Of a DNA stretch of 64,000 bases, positions 26,090-38,800 are shown piece by piece. Source of the stretch: Chlorokybus atmophyticus (lineage: Eukaryota > Plantae > Mesostigma and Chlorokybus algae); the NCBI GenBank assembly GCA_009103225.1, contig RHPI01002368.1, forward strand, positions 649,397-713,396, in the 5' to 3' direction. Position 1 is the first letter of the stretch, and each line of letters opens with the position of its first letter. The notes under the pieces were generated by a model. The model saw nothing but the letters and a program-made list of their open reading frames with translations, did no database searches and was not told where the DNA came from. Both the position numbers and the translations under genes were made by a program.

Positions 26090-27677
26090 AAAGCAGTGAG
26101 AGCGCGTAGCACCCAAGCCGAGGCTCCGCGTGAGTGTGTGCAACTCAAGCCACACGGCGCGCATATAGCCCTCAACTGCAGTGGCAGACTTTCAGCGCCC
26201 AAACTTTTGCCACAGGTGCTTGGGCACACCACGCCTTCACGGCTTGGGTCGCAGCTCCCTAATGGGCAGAGTGTGTGCCAAAACGCGTGGGGTCCCCCCC
26301 CCCCCNNNNNNNNNNNNNNNNNNNNNNNNNNNNNNNNNNNNNNNNNNNNNNNNNNNNNNNNNNNNNNNNNNNNNNNNNNNNNNNNNNNNNNNNNNNNNNN
26401 NNNNNNNNNNNNNNNNNCCCCCCCCCCCCCACACCCACCGCCTGAATGGGTGCCTTCTACCATTCCAGGATTGTGCCATATGGCACCACAGTGTTCCGTA
26501 TAACGCATGTTCCCCCCGCTCGTATAATGGAGTGCAGCAACTTGCTCGGGTTTGCGTGCCAATATCCTGAGGCGAATAACAACTTTTTCGTGTGCATCAT
26601 AGGGCACAAATTACCGCCCATTGCAGCTATATGCACTGTGGCGCCCGCACCGTGTTTATCGATTTTGCTGCGCGGGATGACGAGGTCCAGCGGCCTGGGC
26701 AAATACAATGTCCTGCGCGTTAGCCTCCTCCAGGTCAACATATCACATAATACCCGTAAACCTCAGCAGCACCGCTACTGTTTGCAACCCCCCCATCAAG
26801 TCCCACCCGTTGCGAGCAAAGTGTGAGACAATGGCTCGTTGGAGCTCAGGCGTGTAGGCATCCTTCTTTTGCGTGTTTAATAGTAGCAGCCTGGCAGCGG
26901 CCTCATGCACCATCGCAACGAGTGCATGCGCAGTGGGAGAGGCCTGACATGGTATGCGCAGCATATATGGCCGAAGAGGCAGTGCAAGGGGAAGGTACTT
27001 TGAAAGTACCATAAATCGGCCATAAAAGCACCAAGTTTTCTGCGGTCGAGTGGGGTGTGACATTGGTATCAAAGCTTGAGACCCGGGTTCAATATCCTAC
27101 CTTGCACACGAATTTCGTGGTTGTTGTCTTTCGATCCAGTAACATCAGAAATGGTCACTTTATAAGTGCCATTATTGATGGGTTGCGATTTGCCTGGCAA
27201 TCGTGCCGGCGTTCAATCGGCGCGGCAGGGCGCGACCTGCCTATCGCGATGCGACCTGTGGGGCCGGCAGTGGTGCGCTATGTGCGCATTGATCGGTATG
27301 GGCCTAAATTAGCTGGTCCTTGACCATGGGGCCGGTGACCGACCCAATAAACCCCTTGGATAATTCCCCAGCTGAGCATACGCAGCTGCCGAGGACGTCA
27401 GCGTTCTTAAGTGGGGGGGAATGTAACAAGAAGGCACAGATTACCACAAATCCACTATAAAAGCACCCAGCCTTTGGTGGTCGAGTGGGCTGTGACAGGT
27501 ATGTGTTACAGGTGCCGGGGTGGTGGAATCCACTAACACCTTAGTTAGGAAAAGGGCCACTATGCTAGGGTCTGCTGACAAAGCAGCCCAACCACGAGGC
27601 GTGTAGAACTCCACAAAGTGGCGCCAATAGCTCTCATGGCCGCGCAGGGTGCTAATAGCACGTGACGTTGCTGCCAC
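26090..27677 (-). pseudogene. DIRS tyrosine recombinase, interrupted by a TRIM and an N gap (26306-26417)
   Basis: SAM-like N-terminal part 27498-27677; catalytic-domain fragments FTGIM and LVIPRSKIDKHGAGATVHIA..CP. Confidence 0.8.
26983..27497 (+). mobile_element. TRIM (miniature LTR retroelement, about 77-bp LTRs 26983-27060 and 27422-27497)
   Basis: TG...TGTGACA direct repeats; PBS TGGTATCAAAGC at 27063; PPT AAGTGGGGGGGAA before the second LTR; flanks GGCAG and GGTAT each differ by one base from GGCAT, and removal restores the YR frame (VTH-ASSAIY). Confidence 0.85.
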
Positions 27678-27832
27678 TGCCGGGTATAAGGTGCGCAGGC
27701 GCTCAATCTCATGATCTCGAGAATGTTGGGCATGAGCGACTATAGGCTACGCTCGATAGCAGCTGCACACAGCATGTGTCAATGACGCAAGTCAACTTGC
27801 AATGCCCACATGCGACTATTGGGCAAGCCCTT

Positions 27833-28288
27833 TTAAAGTTCCATGGCTTGAGGGCTAGGCCACAAGCAGGCTGGGCGTTTGGGTAGGCTCACAACATATG
27901 TAACAACTGGTGCCCACACCCCACTGGGGCAAAGCACGGGCCACCAAGTTTGGGTTGTCCACTCGGGTACAATGAGGCAAATGCGAGCCTTGCATTTGCA
28001 AACATGGCGCAAAATAGTGCCAACACGGTGTCGTGGGGGATGGCACCTGTTGCAACCACTCCAGTCACAACGAAAGGCACAGCCGGATGAGCCCGGACAT
28101 GGCAACACCGGATTGAAAACCACACACAAAATGTTGGCATCCGTTGCGAAGCGATCCACATCAAAGGGGCCCCACTTGCGGGCGAGCAAGCGGACCCATG
28201 GGGTTTGCAAGGTCCAACCGTTCCAATCCAGTGCTTGGAGTGCGTCCGCCTCCTCGTTGAGCTCACGTGGTAACCACTCCACATGCAA
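27833..28288 (-). pseudogene. DIRS RNase H end plus N6-adenine methyltransferase (Dam-like) domain
   Basis: GPFDVDRFATDAN (SAM-binding motif), CHPP (degenerate NPP motif), LIVPEWTTQTWWP. Confidence 0.8.
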
Positions 28289-29949
28289 GCAGATGCAATG
28301 GCAGTGGCATTGTCAAAAAACACGGCATGCCACTTGCTGCAAGTGCTTGGCCTCACTGCCCCCTTTGCGCATCATGTAGTACACATCACGGGCATCGCTA
28401 TAACCCAGCACCGTGCGTCCATGTAGCTCCACCGCGACAGTGAGCAGGGCACGCTCAATTCCCGGAACTCACCGTATGTCCACGAAGCTAAGCACTCATC
28501 AATGTCAATGTGCCCTTTGCCATGGGAATAGCTGTGCCATGGTACATTATTCCCCAACCAGTGCCGCTAGCTCCACGAATTGCATTGTGTCCAGCTGTAC
28601 AGTAGGCCAAATGGGTGTCATGATAAGCTGCTCAAAGTGGTCTCTCAGCCACATTAACTCCGTGATCTCAGATTGGCGTAGCATCATGTGAGAGCTCCAT
28701 GAGCAGCGGGTCTCCATCAAGCGGCGTGTATGCCAAGTCATTAGTTTAACGGCAGGACCCAACACCAGGAACATGGCTTGTAGCTTGCCACAGATGCGGG
28801 CCAGCACCTTCATTGACACATGGCGCCTATCACTAAATTCGCATTGTAAGCAAACCATCGCGCTTTTGGCCGGGGCCACGAACAGTGCCAGCGTGTGTAT
28901 CCCACGCAAAGCCGAGGCAAATAACGACTTTACTGAGCACAATCTTCGCCTTTGTGTTGATCACCAGCCCGCACCATGCTGCACCCACTTGCACCACGGA
29001 CAGGTGTGAGGCATGCTCCGCCTTGAAGCGAGCAGCAACTAGGAAGTCGTTGATGTATGCTTAATGCAAATGCCCTGCACACAATTGCTTCATAACCTTT
29101 GTGAACACGAAGCAAGCCGTGGTCAACCCAAATGGCAACGAGCAGAAGCTGAACATTTTGCCCGCATACGAGAACCCCAAGTAGCCCAACAAGGCGGGGT
29201 GGATGTCCACATAATGATAGCCAGACTTCAAGTCCGTAGAAAACAACCAGTCCTCAGGTTGCAGCAAGTCCGAGATTCTGCGTACATTCTCATACTTGAA
29301 CGGCGTGTTCACCATGTAGGAAATGACATAGCGCAAGTCTATGATGAGGCGCAACTTGCGGCCATCGTCGACCACATTATGTGGGCTCATCACGAGGGGG
29401 GGTGTTACACACTCTTGTGCGGCCCCACTATGCACTAGGTTGGCAATGGCAGCTGCAGTGAAGCCTGCAAACTCGTGCACACCCTTGTGGTTGGTGAATG
29501 CCCATAGTGGTGGTGGGTCTTGAGCCCATACTTCACCCATGAGAGCACCGTAGTAGACTCACAGAATTTACGCCATGCTGGTAGGGCATCACGCAGTCGA
29601 TGACGCATGTAGGGCCCCTTAACGCTGAGGTTAGCAGGGACGCGAGCAAACTCATGGTGCTTCATCCAGTTGCAAACAAGATCCTCCTCCGTGCTAGTAT
29701 AGGCCACTGCACACGATCGCGAAGTTTCTTCAGCAACGGAGCTCAGCAAGAGCCTCAACGGCATGTCGACCATGAAACGGCCACAACTCGTGCAAACAAT
29801 GTCCGAATTGGTTCTGGTTTGCTCAACATGATGCTCTTGGCGTTATTGTGATCATCTTAATATGTAAAATAGCGGTAAGCTAGGGTATGGCTGTTTGGGG
29901 GGCGCTGCAAATGTCAGCGGTGTTGAAGTTTGCAGTGGTCAGTCTATGT

Positions 29950-32750
29950 AATTTAATTGTCCTCTGCCAGGCGGCAAAGGATGCGCAGATGGTCAGCTAT
30001 TCAGCCAGCCGCTCAAGTATTGAACATGACCTTGGTTGGTGCGTACCAAGTGACATGAGGACTCATGGTGTAAAATCTAGACCATATATGGTCCGACCAT
30101 CAATGGAAAACGGATTATATATGATCCATTGATTTCAATTAGCAGGGAAAATCTCGGTCCGGCGGCATGGACTCTGCATGGTCCTTGCTTCAAATTGTTG
30201 GTTCAGGCTGTTGAGCTAAGTCTTCATGGCTCCTGGGGAGGCCAGACAAGTGCCAGCTGCAGCTCATTACTTCCGAGCCAAAGACAACAGCTTGTTGGTC
30301 CAGGTGACAGGCCAACAACTCTCGAAGGTGGAGTGCAAGCACATGCGCACAACGTTATTAATGAACCTAAAGAAAATAAAAGCAGCGATGTTGAGGAAGT
30401 GGCCACTACCATACGATATGAAAGACAAGGACTTTTTGATTAATGCCACGCACCGGCAAGAGGTCGATAAAGTGTGTAAGGCAGTCTTGCATCACTTTTA
30501 GTGGTTTTTAATGCAAACTTCTCGCTTACACAAACAACAAGTGAGCTACTTTCTTTGTCACATGTGCTGTGTGATTGCAACTTGCATGCAGTTGTATAAA
30601 GGTGAGCTTGTAAGCATGTTATTCAGCTTTCAATTCACTTTAGCTGCTCTGTCTTGCCATTGTCAGTCCTTGCCCTGGTTGCTGTTGCTATGTTCGTGCT
30701 TATTGCTGCAGGTGTTTAACTGAATTCAATTACCATGTTGAGATTTTCTGTCTTTAAAGTAGTCTTCCGCTATCCCAAGCTTTCAACAGCGAAAGTTGCT
30801 GCGTGGGAGCTATCTTGCCGTTGACAATCCTTGCCCTGGTTGTAGTTGTTGTGTTTGTGCTTGTTGCTTCAAATGCTTAGTTGCTTTTATTGACTTCTTG
30901 GCTGTGTTGCAAGCTGTTCTCTGCTTGGTGGCATCTTTCAACTACTGCATGTGCTGTGTGGGGGATGTGCTTGCCAATAATTGTCCTTGCCCTGTTTGCT
31001 GTACTGTATTTATTTGCTCGTGTTGCTGCAGCACAAATTAAGCAGCATGCTCTTGTGCTTTACTACTCCATTGGCGCAAAGCGGCAGTGGGAGAGGGAAG
31101 AGCGTCCAAGACCGCAATGCTGACAAGAAGCCAAGGTGTGCCGATGATAGGGAAGCTGCACAAGTCAGCCACACTGCTCAAGCTGAAGCTAGCTGGGGCA
31201 TGACATTGTGTTTGAGGAGGGACATGAGGGCAAACAAGCAGTGGTCATGCTTGCGCTTTTAACCGCTCATCCTTCCCACCTGGCTAAAAGAGAAGTAAGC
31301 AAGTTCTTATGTTGCCGACCGCCGATTTTGTTGTTGTGTCCTTACTGGTTTGGCTAAGCTGTTGCCTGCAATATGGCTTCACGCATAATACCTGCTACTC
31401 TAAATGCTACTCCATATGTTATGGTAGGGGTGCGGACAGGTATGCCAAAGATCACGTGCTTGACATTGTAAACAACGCGGTAGTTGTTGGCGTCGCCACC
31501 ATTGATTTTGTATACAAGCCAGACCAACCATCGCGCGCATACCTAGTTTATGTTAACCACTGGATGGTAGTGAAAAGCGAGGATGGCAACCTTGCCGTTC
31601 AACTATACCTATAAAAGCGAGGTACTCTCTCTATGGCCGTCTGGCAAGCAGCTGCCACGATGGGCGTACTTCGGAGGTACATTGCTTGCCGTGGATATGT
31701 ACATGCTCTTGCTACGACTATATGGTGGAGTGCATGAGCATTTCTTGTGTCAAACACAACAACGTAGTTGTGTTGAAAACAAGAAGAAAGTTAATATGCA
31801 TGAAAGCGAGATAATGTGGCCCAAGATGTTCTCTTTTAGCTGACGCATCCGCCCCTGTGGGGCATGCGCTAACAACGAGCACATTGCAATGCATCATTGC
31901 ATTAAAGACTTACTGCCTACGCCCGCAGCCAGGCACAGCACAAACACAGAGGTGAGTAAGGGCTGTTGTTGGGCTGCTATCACATGATCAACAGTTGCCA
32001 ATGCATGCCATGATACTCGATAGTCATCAACATAGTGCATTACTGACTGTTACCGATTGCCATCATTGAGAGTTGCCAATGGACTGTCCATGCTATGTCA
32101 TTTGCAAACTTCTGGGGCGATCTCCAGCTATAAAGATGAAGAATCCGCCGCCATGAACATGCAGATTGCAGCGGCAATTGTGCGCAACAGCACGCCCAAC
32201 GCTAACACCCAAGAGGAGGCAATGGACGTGTACAAATACTACCACCACATCGAGCACGCAATGTCCCCCTATGGTCGCTAGCTGGCGTTTAAGGACCCCG
32301 GTAGACTGGAGTGTGTGCCAGACGAGCTAATTATGCGAGCCATTGTTAGCGTTGCTACAAGGAATGATTGGTTGCTGGTAACAAAGATGTTACAAGAGGG
32401 TGCGAGCGGGGATCCAATCGTCCACAGCTAGGTATACTTTACTGCAGCAAGGCAAGAACAGTCCTTCGTAAGTTGTTAAGAGTGATGGCATAATACATCG
32501 CACGTCTTTTGAGCGAGGCAAAAAAGAAATACCTAAGAGGCAGTGGATGCGACAGCCCTCGGCATCCTCCTAAATGCGGTATACTATGCTGTGGTCAAGT
32601 CATGTGTTAACGCAGTTTGTGTAAGCATATGGCATTACAGCTGTTGCGCAGAGTTTCATAAGCGCGCAGTGCTTGCAAGAGGATGTCAAGCAAGGCTGTT
32701 GAACAAGGCTATTGCGGTGGCTTCATCTTAAGGCTGAATCAACCAAATGG
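29950..32750 (+). pseudogene. Decayed intron-containing gene of unknown function
   Basis: Protein-like segments (30226..30501, 31430-31740, 32110-32430) separated by GT-A/G-AG-type donors (about 30536, 31294, 31952) and T/G-rich intron-like DNA; internal stops. Confidence 0.35.
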
Positions 32751-32943
32751 CGCCCACATTAAACTACAAAACTGCTGTCGTCAGCTACTCTTGTTATCTG
32801 CAACGTGCTTGCAGGCGGATGTAGTTGTTTTTTAACATTGGCTTGATACTGATGGGCTGCCGCTTGATAGTCCATTATAGCATTGTTGTAAATTGTACGC
32901 ATGGCGGACTGCATGTACTAAGCTGAGTGGATGCACTAGTTCT

Positions 32944-33440
32944 TAGACCATGCATGGTGCAACTGTCGATCAGACTATATACGATGCGTTGTTTATCATG
33001 TATGGTGCTGCTCGTGGACCATGTATGCACAACAATGTCGGTATTCATAGACCATGCATGGTGCCACTGTCAATTAGACCATGTATGGTGCGTTGTCTGT
33101 GAGGACCATACACGGTGCTGCTTGTGGACCATGTATGCACAATAATGTCGGTATCCATGGACCATACATGGTGCCACTGTCACTCAGATCATGTATGGTG
33201 CGTTGTCTATTGGGTCCATGCATGGTGCTGCTTGTGGACCATGTATGCACAGCAATGTCGGTATTCTCAGGCCATGCATGATGCGTTATCTATTAGGTCC
33301 ATACATGGTGCTGCTTGTGAACTATGCATGCAGTACCAAGTCGGTATCCATGGGGCATGCATGGTGCGACTGTTAATTAGACTGGCACCATATGTGGCAC
33401 CACTATGCCAGGATGGCAGTGCACCATGCATGGTGCAAAA
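32944..33440. repeat. Minisatellite: 110-bp higher-order repeat of four 23-33-bp subunits, each led by a (GA)CCATGCATGG(T)-like palindrome
   Basis: Subunit starts at 33017, 33050, 33077, 33104, 33127, 33160, 33187, 33214, 33237 (27+27+23+33 = 110). Confidence 0.9.
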
Positions 33441-33920
33441 ACTTTTGCCATGAAAGTGCCTGGTTTAATACTCGGTTTATGTGATAGCAAAGCTGAACTA
33501 TGGTTAATCGACACTGATATCACTTATATGCATACCTTGCACATCAAATATCGAGCATAGATTGCTAAGGTATAGCTGCTGTACTGAGCTTATAATAGGA
33601 GAGAAAGCCCACTTTGAGTTTGAAACCTGGAGTTGCACACTAGCGGCTAGGGTTTATATGCTGTGCATGGTTGCATGCAGAGTTGGCACTAGATGTGTAT
33701 GAGCTAGCACGTTTTAGCAGCCAAGCCTCTGAGGTACATACAGGAGTCAAACTCCATAAAATCTGCTGTGCTAGCCTGAAGGTTTTCAGGCTGTTCTAAA
33801 GAGGTTTCGCCCTCAGACTGCTCCGCCTCCAGTTAGTCAATAGTGTCGTGCCATTGGTGTGGTCGACATGGGCACCATTATAAGGAATAAAAACTATTGT
33901 AACCTTGTGTGCAATTGCTA

Positions 33921-35060
33921 CTACAAGACGAAACACTTGAAGGCCGCCATTCTGACCGCCATTCTGACCGGGTCGCCATTCTGACCAAGAAGGTCCAGCA
34001 CTCCTGTGGGGTACACCTTAAGTACCTTGTAGACGGTGCGGCCCATGGAGGTGTCGAGCGTGTCCTTGGTGGCTGCCATGCGGTAGGCAAAATCACCTGC
34101 TTGAAACCACCATTGGCGCTCCTTGTAGAAGCCGCTCCGCACGCGTTCGTAGCGCAGAGTGTCACGGTGATGTGCGATGCGCAGGTTGTGGAAGGCCATC
34201 GGGACGGTGTGCTCGAACAGCGTGGCACGTGTGGTGATGTGGTGGTGCATCCAGTCGGGATCGTCAAGGTTGTAGACCACACGGTCTACTTTCTGCTGTG
34301 CATGAAAGGGAAGCAACAGCGGACGCCCGAACATCAAGTAGTATGGGCTGTACTTGCGCAGAGCCGCCTGCTTCGACGATCGGTTGACAAGAGCCACCCA
34401 CGGAAGGTGGTCATCCTAGGTGTTCCTCTCATAATTCAGCACGCACTTGCGGAGTGCCTTCTTGATAGTCTGTACCGTCCGCTCGGCGAGACCGTCGGCT
34501 TGAGGGTGGTCACGCAAAGTACGGCAATGATCGATGTAGCATCTGTCCAGCAGGGAATCGAACTCCCCTCTGAACTCAGTGCCCAGGTTAGTGATGACCT
34601 CAGCGCAGCTGTCGAACCGGCTGAGGACATAGGAGAGGAAGGCTTGAGCCACCCCGCTGCTGCTCTTGTTGGGTAATGGCACCAGCTCCACCCATTTGGA
34701 AAAGTGCTCAATCATAACCAGGATGTAGCGGTTGCCCCGCGTTGAGGGTGCCAAATTTCCTAAGATGTTGAGTCCCTAGCAATAGAACAGCCCAAAAATG
34801 GGGAGAGCGTGCAAGGTGGCGCTGCGTGCGCCGAGGCTGGCGCGTACCATGTCACACTGCTGGCAGCAATTGATGAAGCCCTGCACCTGTTTGGACAGCC
34901 CATACCACCAATGTTGCGCCCTTACCAGGCTGACTGTACTCTTGACACCGAAGTGTCCAAGCTCCGTGTGGAGGGCAGCGATGATGCCCTCGCGTGTGGC
35001 TGATGTTGGCACCTCTTTGTCCTGCACGCGGCGGTACACTTTGTCATCCGCCCACCGATA
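33921..35060 (-). pseudogene. Integrase (HHCC, core, C-terminus)
   Basis: HTELGHFG..CQQC; IEHFSKWVE; ITNLGTEFRGEF; HPQADGLAERTVQTIK; SPYYLMFGR. Confidence 0.92.
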
Positions 35061-35399
35061 CTGGCGGGTGCGCTGACTGACACGATCTTTCTCTCGTGCA
35101 CTCATATTGGGGGGAAGCTGGCCACTTTGAGGGAAAGGGAGTGATGGCTTGTTCAGCCATATGCCCTGCCTGGTGTCTGTGGGTGCCAGCTCGGTGTCGT
35201 CGACTTCAATGTCGACCGTGTGGACGTCCCCTCGGGGTGTGGTCACTGTGGGGTCGGTAGATCCAAGGGCAGGAACCTCCTCTGTCGTTGAGGTGGTGTT
35301 GATCTGGCGCCCTGACCATAACGCGGCATCTGCAAACTTGACTGCCATGGTGGGAGCTGTTGCTGCGGGGCTGAGCTCGTGCCGAGCTCCGGTTGCATT

Positions 35400-36800
35400 G
35401 TTGGTACTGTGGTGAGGCTTGCGTCTGAGGCCATCAGCGTCCTGGTTGGTGAGGCCGGCGCGGTGGTCGATCTCGAAGTTATACTCCTGTAGCAACAGGG
35501 CCCAGCGCGCAAGTTTCCCTGTCAGATGTTGGTTGGTCATCAACCACTTGAGTGGCTGGTAATCGGTAATCAGCTGGAATTGTCGACCAAAAAAGAAAAG
35601 TCTGAAGAAGGAGATAGCCCATGCTGCAGCGAGGCACTCCCCCTCGCAGCTGCTATAGTTGGCCTCAGTGCTGTTGTTGCTTCGGCTGGCGCACGACACC
35701 ACCCGCTCCTTCTTGTTCTCATTGTGCTGTACCAGCACAGCCCCCATCTCAAGCTTGCTCCAGTTGGTGTGGAGGATGAAGGGCTTGTTGTAGTTAGGAC
35801 GTTGCAGAATGGGAGCGGTGGTGAGCCTGCCCTTTAGTTCCTCAAACGCCTGCTGTTGTGGCCCCTTCCACGCAAACTCCACATCTTTCTTCAGGAGCTC
35901 GTTGAGGGGTCACGCGATCTTTACGAAGTCCTTCACAAACCGGCGATAGTAGTTGGCAAGGCCCAGGAAGGCACGCAGACACGTAAGGTCTGTGGGAGCA
36001 AGGATAGCCGCTAAAGCCTCCACCTTTGCCTGCTGTACATACACACCGTGGGGCACAATCAAGTGCCCTAGGTAGGGTACCTTGCGAGTGAAGAAGGTGC
36101 ACTTGTTGGGGTGCACTGTCATCCCCACCCCCTTGAGTCTCTCCAGCACTTCCTCGATGTGCTGCAGGTGCTCGTCGTTATTGCGACTGAAGATGAGAAT
36201 GTCGTCAATGTAGCATTGCGCGAAGTCCAGCCCCTTTAAGGCTTTGTCTATGACGCGCTGGAATTTGGCAGGAGCACTCTTCAGTCCGAAGGGCATGACC
36301 TTCCACTGGTACAGCTGCCGGTTGCCCCAGAAAGAGGTCTTGTGGTTGTCCTCCTCCTTGATGGCAATCTGATCGTACCCTTGTCGCATATTAAGGATGC
36401 TGAAGACGGTGCAATCTCCAATATTATCAAAGATACCCTCTGCAGTAGGCATTGAATACCTGTCTATTTTGGTCTTGTTGTTGAGGGGGCGAGTCGTCGC
36501 ACATGCGCCGGTTTGTCCAGTTGCTTAATGAACCCTTCTTCAGGGGCATGACGGTCGCGGCCGCAAAGTCTGATGTGAACTCCTCAATCTAGCCTGCATC
36601 TAGTAGAGCCTTGCATCTCTGCTCCACCCAGTCTTCTTTCAACTTGGAGAGTCGGTACTGGCGTCGAAACACCGGTCCGGTGTCCACCAACTCGATGTCC
36701 ATCTGGTAAACTGAACAAACGCCCAGTTCTTTTACATCAAAGTGAAATGACTTCTCCACTTGTTGAGGAGAGCCTCCAGTTGTTCTCGCGTCTGGCCTGT
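35400..36800 (-). pseudogene. Reverse transcriptase and RNase H
   Basis: MPFGLKSAPAKFQR; CYIDDILIFS; FLGLANYYRRFV; EGECLAAAWAI; ITDYQPLKWL. Confidence 0.95.
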
Positions 36801-37019
36801 AGCCAGTGGTCCAATGGCATGGGACCAAGAGGTGGCGTTGGCGACCACTGAGATGTCCTCCACAGTGACTGCTGCCTGCTCCTCCATATGGGCGATATCG
36901 AGGCCGGTGTGTGCCGCTTTGGTCTTGCACGCGATCGGCCCACCGCCCTGCCAGGTGTTCGAGTTCCTCAAAGGACACATAGCGGTCTTGGCGAGCAAAG
37001 CACTTTTCAATAACCATAC

Positions 37020-37936
37020 CATGCTGTTCTGATCCATGGCGCGTCTTAACAATTGGCATGGCTGACTGTCGGTCAGCGTGGAACCGATGGTATTGCCTGG
37101 AGAGAAGCCCATGGCGCGTTCGCGCTCACGTGCGTTGGGTTCCTCCAGCTGGCCTGTGTTGGAATCCAGCACCATGCCTGCGCCGTGGTTGCGGAAGGCG
37201 TACGATCCTGAGTAGGACACAAGAGTAGGGAGCACACGACATGGTTGACCAGGCTGGTTGCACTAAAAGTGGTGGTGAGCGTGTCGGGCTGTGCTGTACG
37301 ACCTGAGTCCAGAATAGCGTCCACTGGCAGATCGCATGGGCGACTGCTGTGCAGCTATTCAGCAGCAAAGAGATCTTTAACGGTTGCTAGGTTGGTCCAC
37401 TTGGCGCGGACGCGATGAGCACGAGAGCCATGCCGCGCTGCGTTGATTCTGATAGGGTGTCCTAGTAAGGAACACACCTGTCGAAAGCTGTTGGCCACGT
37501 GATGGCGCTTATCGTCCGCGCTCACATTCTCGATGATGTATCCTAGAGGCCTGGACATCTGGCTGCTTTGCAGAATTATGATGACACGCATCAGTTATCA
37601 GAACAGTTGTGAGCGAGGATCAGCGATTTGGCCGCTGCCTGCTTTAGAATGTCCTTGACACTCCCATCCTACTATCAGCAGGTCGATGTTGCCCACCGCT
37701 AGGAGGTGATCCGCAGTGATTAAACGGATGTCCTGTGGCAGTGCATTCATACTGCCTTGCAGTGCCGATAACGGCAGTCGCTGCGGGTAGCATTTGTGTG
37801 GGTGGCGCAGGTGGTGGCCCAGGGCAATCTGTGCGTGTGGATCCGGGTTACAATCGAAGTACTTGGTGACCGTCGCGCCGGTGTTGAGGACAGCGGCGAG
37901 GCGACTACCTATTCCTCCAAAATAGTTTAAACACAA
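37020..37936 (-). pseudogene. C5 cytosine DNA methyltransferase domain embedded in pol (frameshifted)
   Basis: Motifs in canonical order: I NYFGGIG, III LPQDI, IV LLIVGWECQGHS (Cys codon 37658-37660), V DPRSQLF, VI YIIENV, VIII ARHGSRAHRVRAKWTNL, IX EPNARERERAMGF, X LLRRAMD. Confidence 0.93.
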
Positions 37937-38214
37937 TGATGCCTTGTCGTCGCCGAATTACGTGAAACGCTACTATTTCGATGGCCACCTGGTGTTGTTT
38001 TTGGACAGCAGCTTGGTCCTTTCAAAGAGGGAACCGAGAAGTGAGCCGCGGTCTAGTTAATAGCAGATGTGCGACCACCTATGCGCGCCAGCGGCGTTTC
38101 GCTGGTTGCTGGTGGGCCACTTCTTCAATGGCATCTTCCTGAGAATCGTCGTATGGGATAGGAGAGTCTTGGTCCGCGTTTGTGGGTGACCACCGTAAAT
38201 GATCTGTCAATGGT

Positions 38215-38310
38215 TGCCGAACCCGACCTGTGGGTGGCTGTCGCAGCTGACCTGTCAGTGGTCGCCGACAACGACCTGTAGGTGGCTGTTGCAGCTGACC
38301 TTTGGTGGGA
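38215..38310. repeat. 24-bp tandem repeat (about 4 copies) in the protease-MTase linker
   Basis: GACCTGT.GGTGGCTGT.GCAGCT units. Confidence 0.8.
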
Positions 38311-38399
38311 ACGAGTGCGAGCCACCAACTCGAGAGGCAGATATCCTTGAACCTCTCCGTCCTCCTCATCCCAATGAGGACGAAACCAGGCCTTCTCTG

Positions 38400-38800
38400 T
38401 CCAGCCCCATGCCAACAGAAAAGTTGAAGTCCTGTCTCAACAGCAGGTCGACGGATCCTGCGTCGGTGACCACACACTTCTATATGACCTCGGTGCTGTG
38501 GGACGGGTCCACTTCTGTTAAACTAATGCAGAGGGCTTGCTTGGTGATACCGATCACCTTGTCACGGTTGACGGTTGCGGTGTTGAGCACATATGGGCAC
38601 GGCATCAGCTCAACGCTGGTGATGCCAAGGTCACGTGCGAGGTAACGTCCGATGATGACAGGCTGGGCTTCAAAGTCCAGCATCACCCGCTTGGATGCTC
38701 GCCCATTAATAATGACATGCTTGCCTTGGTTGACGATCATGGCTGCGTTGGCGTGGATGCGCAGCCGCTTGAATCGTCGGTAGCGGTAGTGTGCGTGGGG
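38400..38800 (-). pseudogene. Aspartic protease of the MTase-gypsy element
   Basis: RVMLDFEAQPVIIG...LMPCPY aligns with VLLDTGAQPVMLG...LEPCPF of ORF 42809..44743. Confidence 0.8.

Larger units (their letters stand above)
26022..29800 (-). mobile_element. DIRS/PAT-like retrotransposon copy B: RT-RNase H-N6A methyltransferase-tyrosine recombinase, decayed, gag not seen
   Basis: KLRLIIDLRYV, DLKSGYHYV, LPFGLTTACFVFTK, YIND; EWLPRELNEEADAL; GPFDVDRFA..HPP..PEWTTQTWWP; SYWRHFVEF..VALFL; RSKIDKHGAG..LCP. Confidence 0.92.

Noticed and set aside
32944-33440. CRISPR-like appearance (palindromic repeats with spacers)
   Set aside because: Spacers recur with a 110-bp period, repeats are degenerate, there are no cas genes and the context is eukaryotic.
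33909-34676. 255-aa plus-strand ORF
   Set aside because: Antisense shadow of the gypsy integrase.
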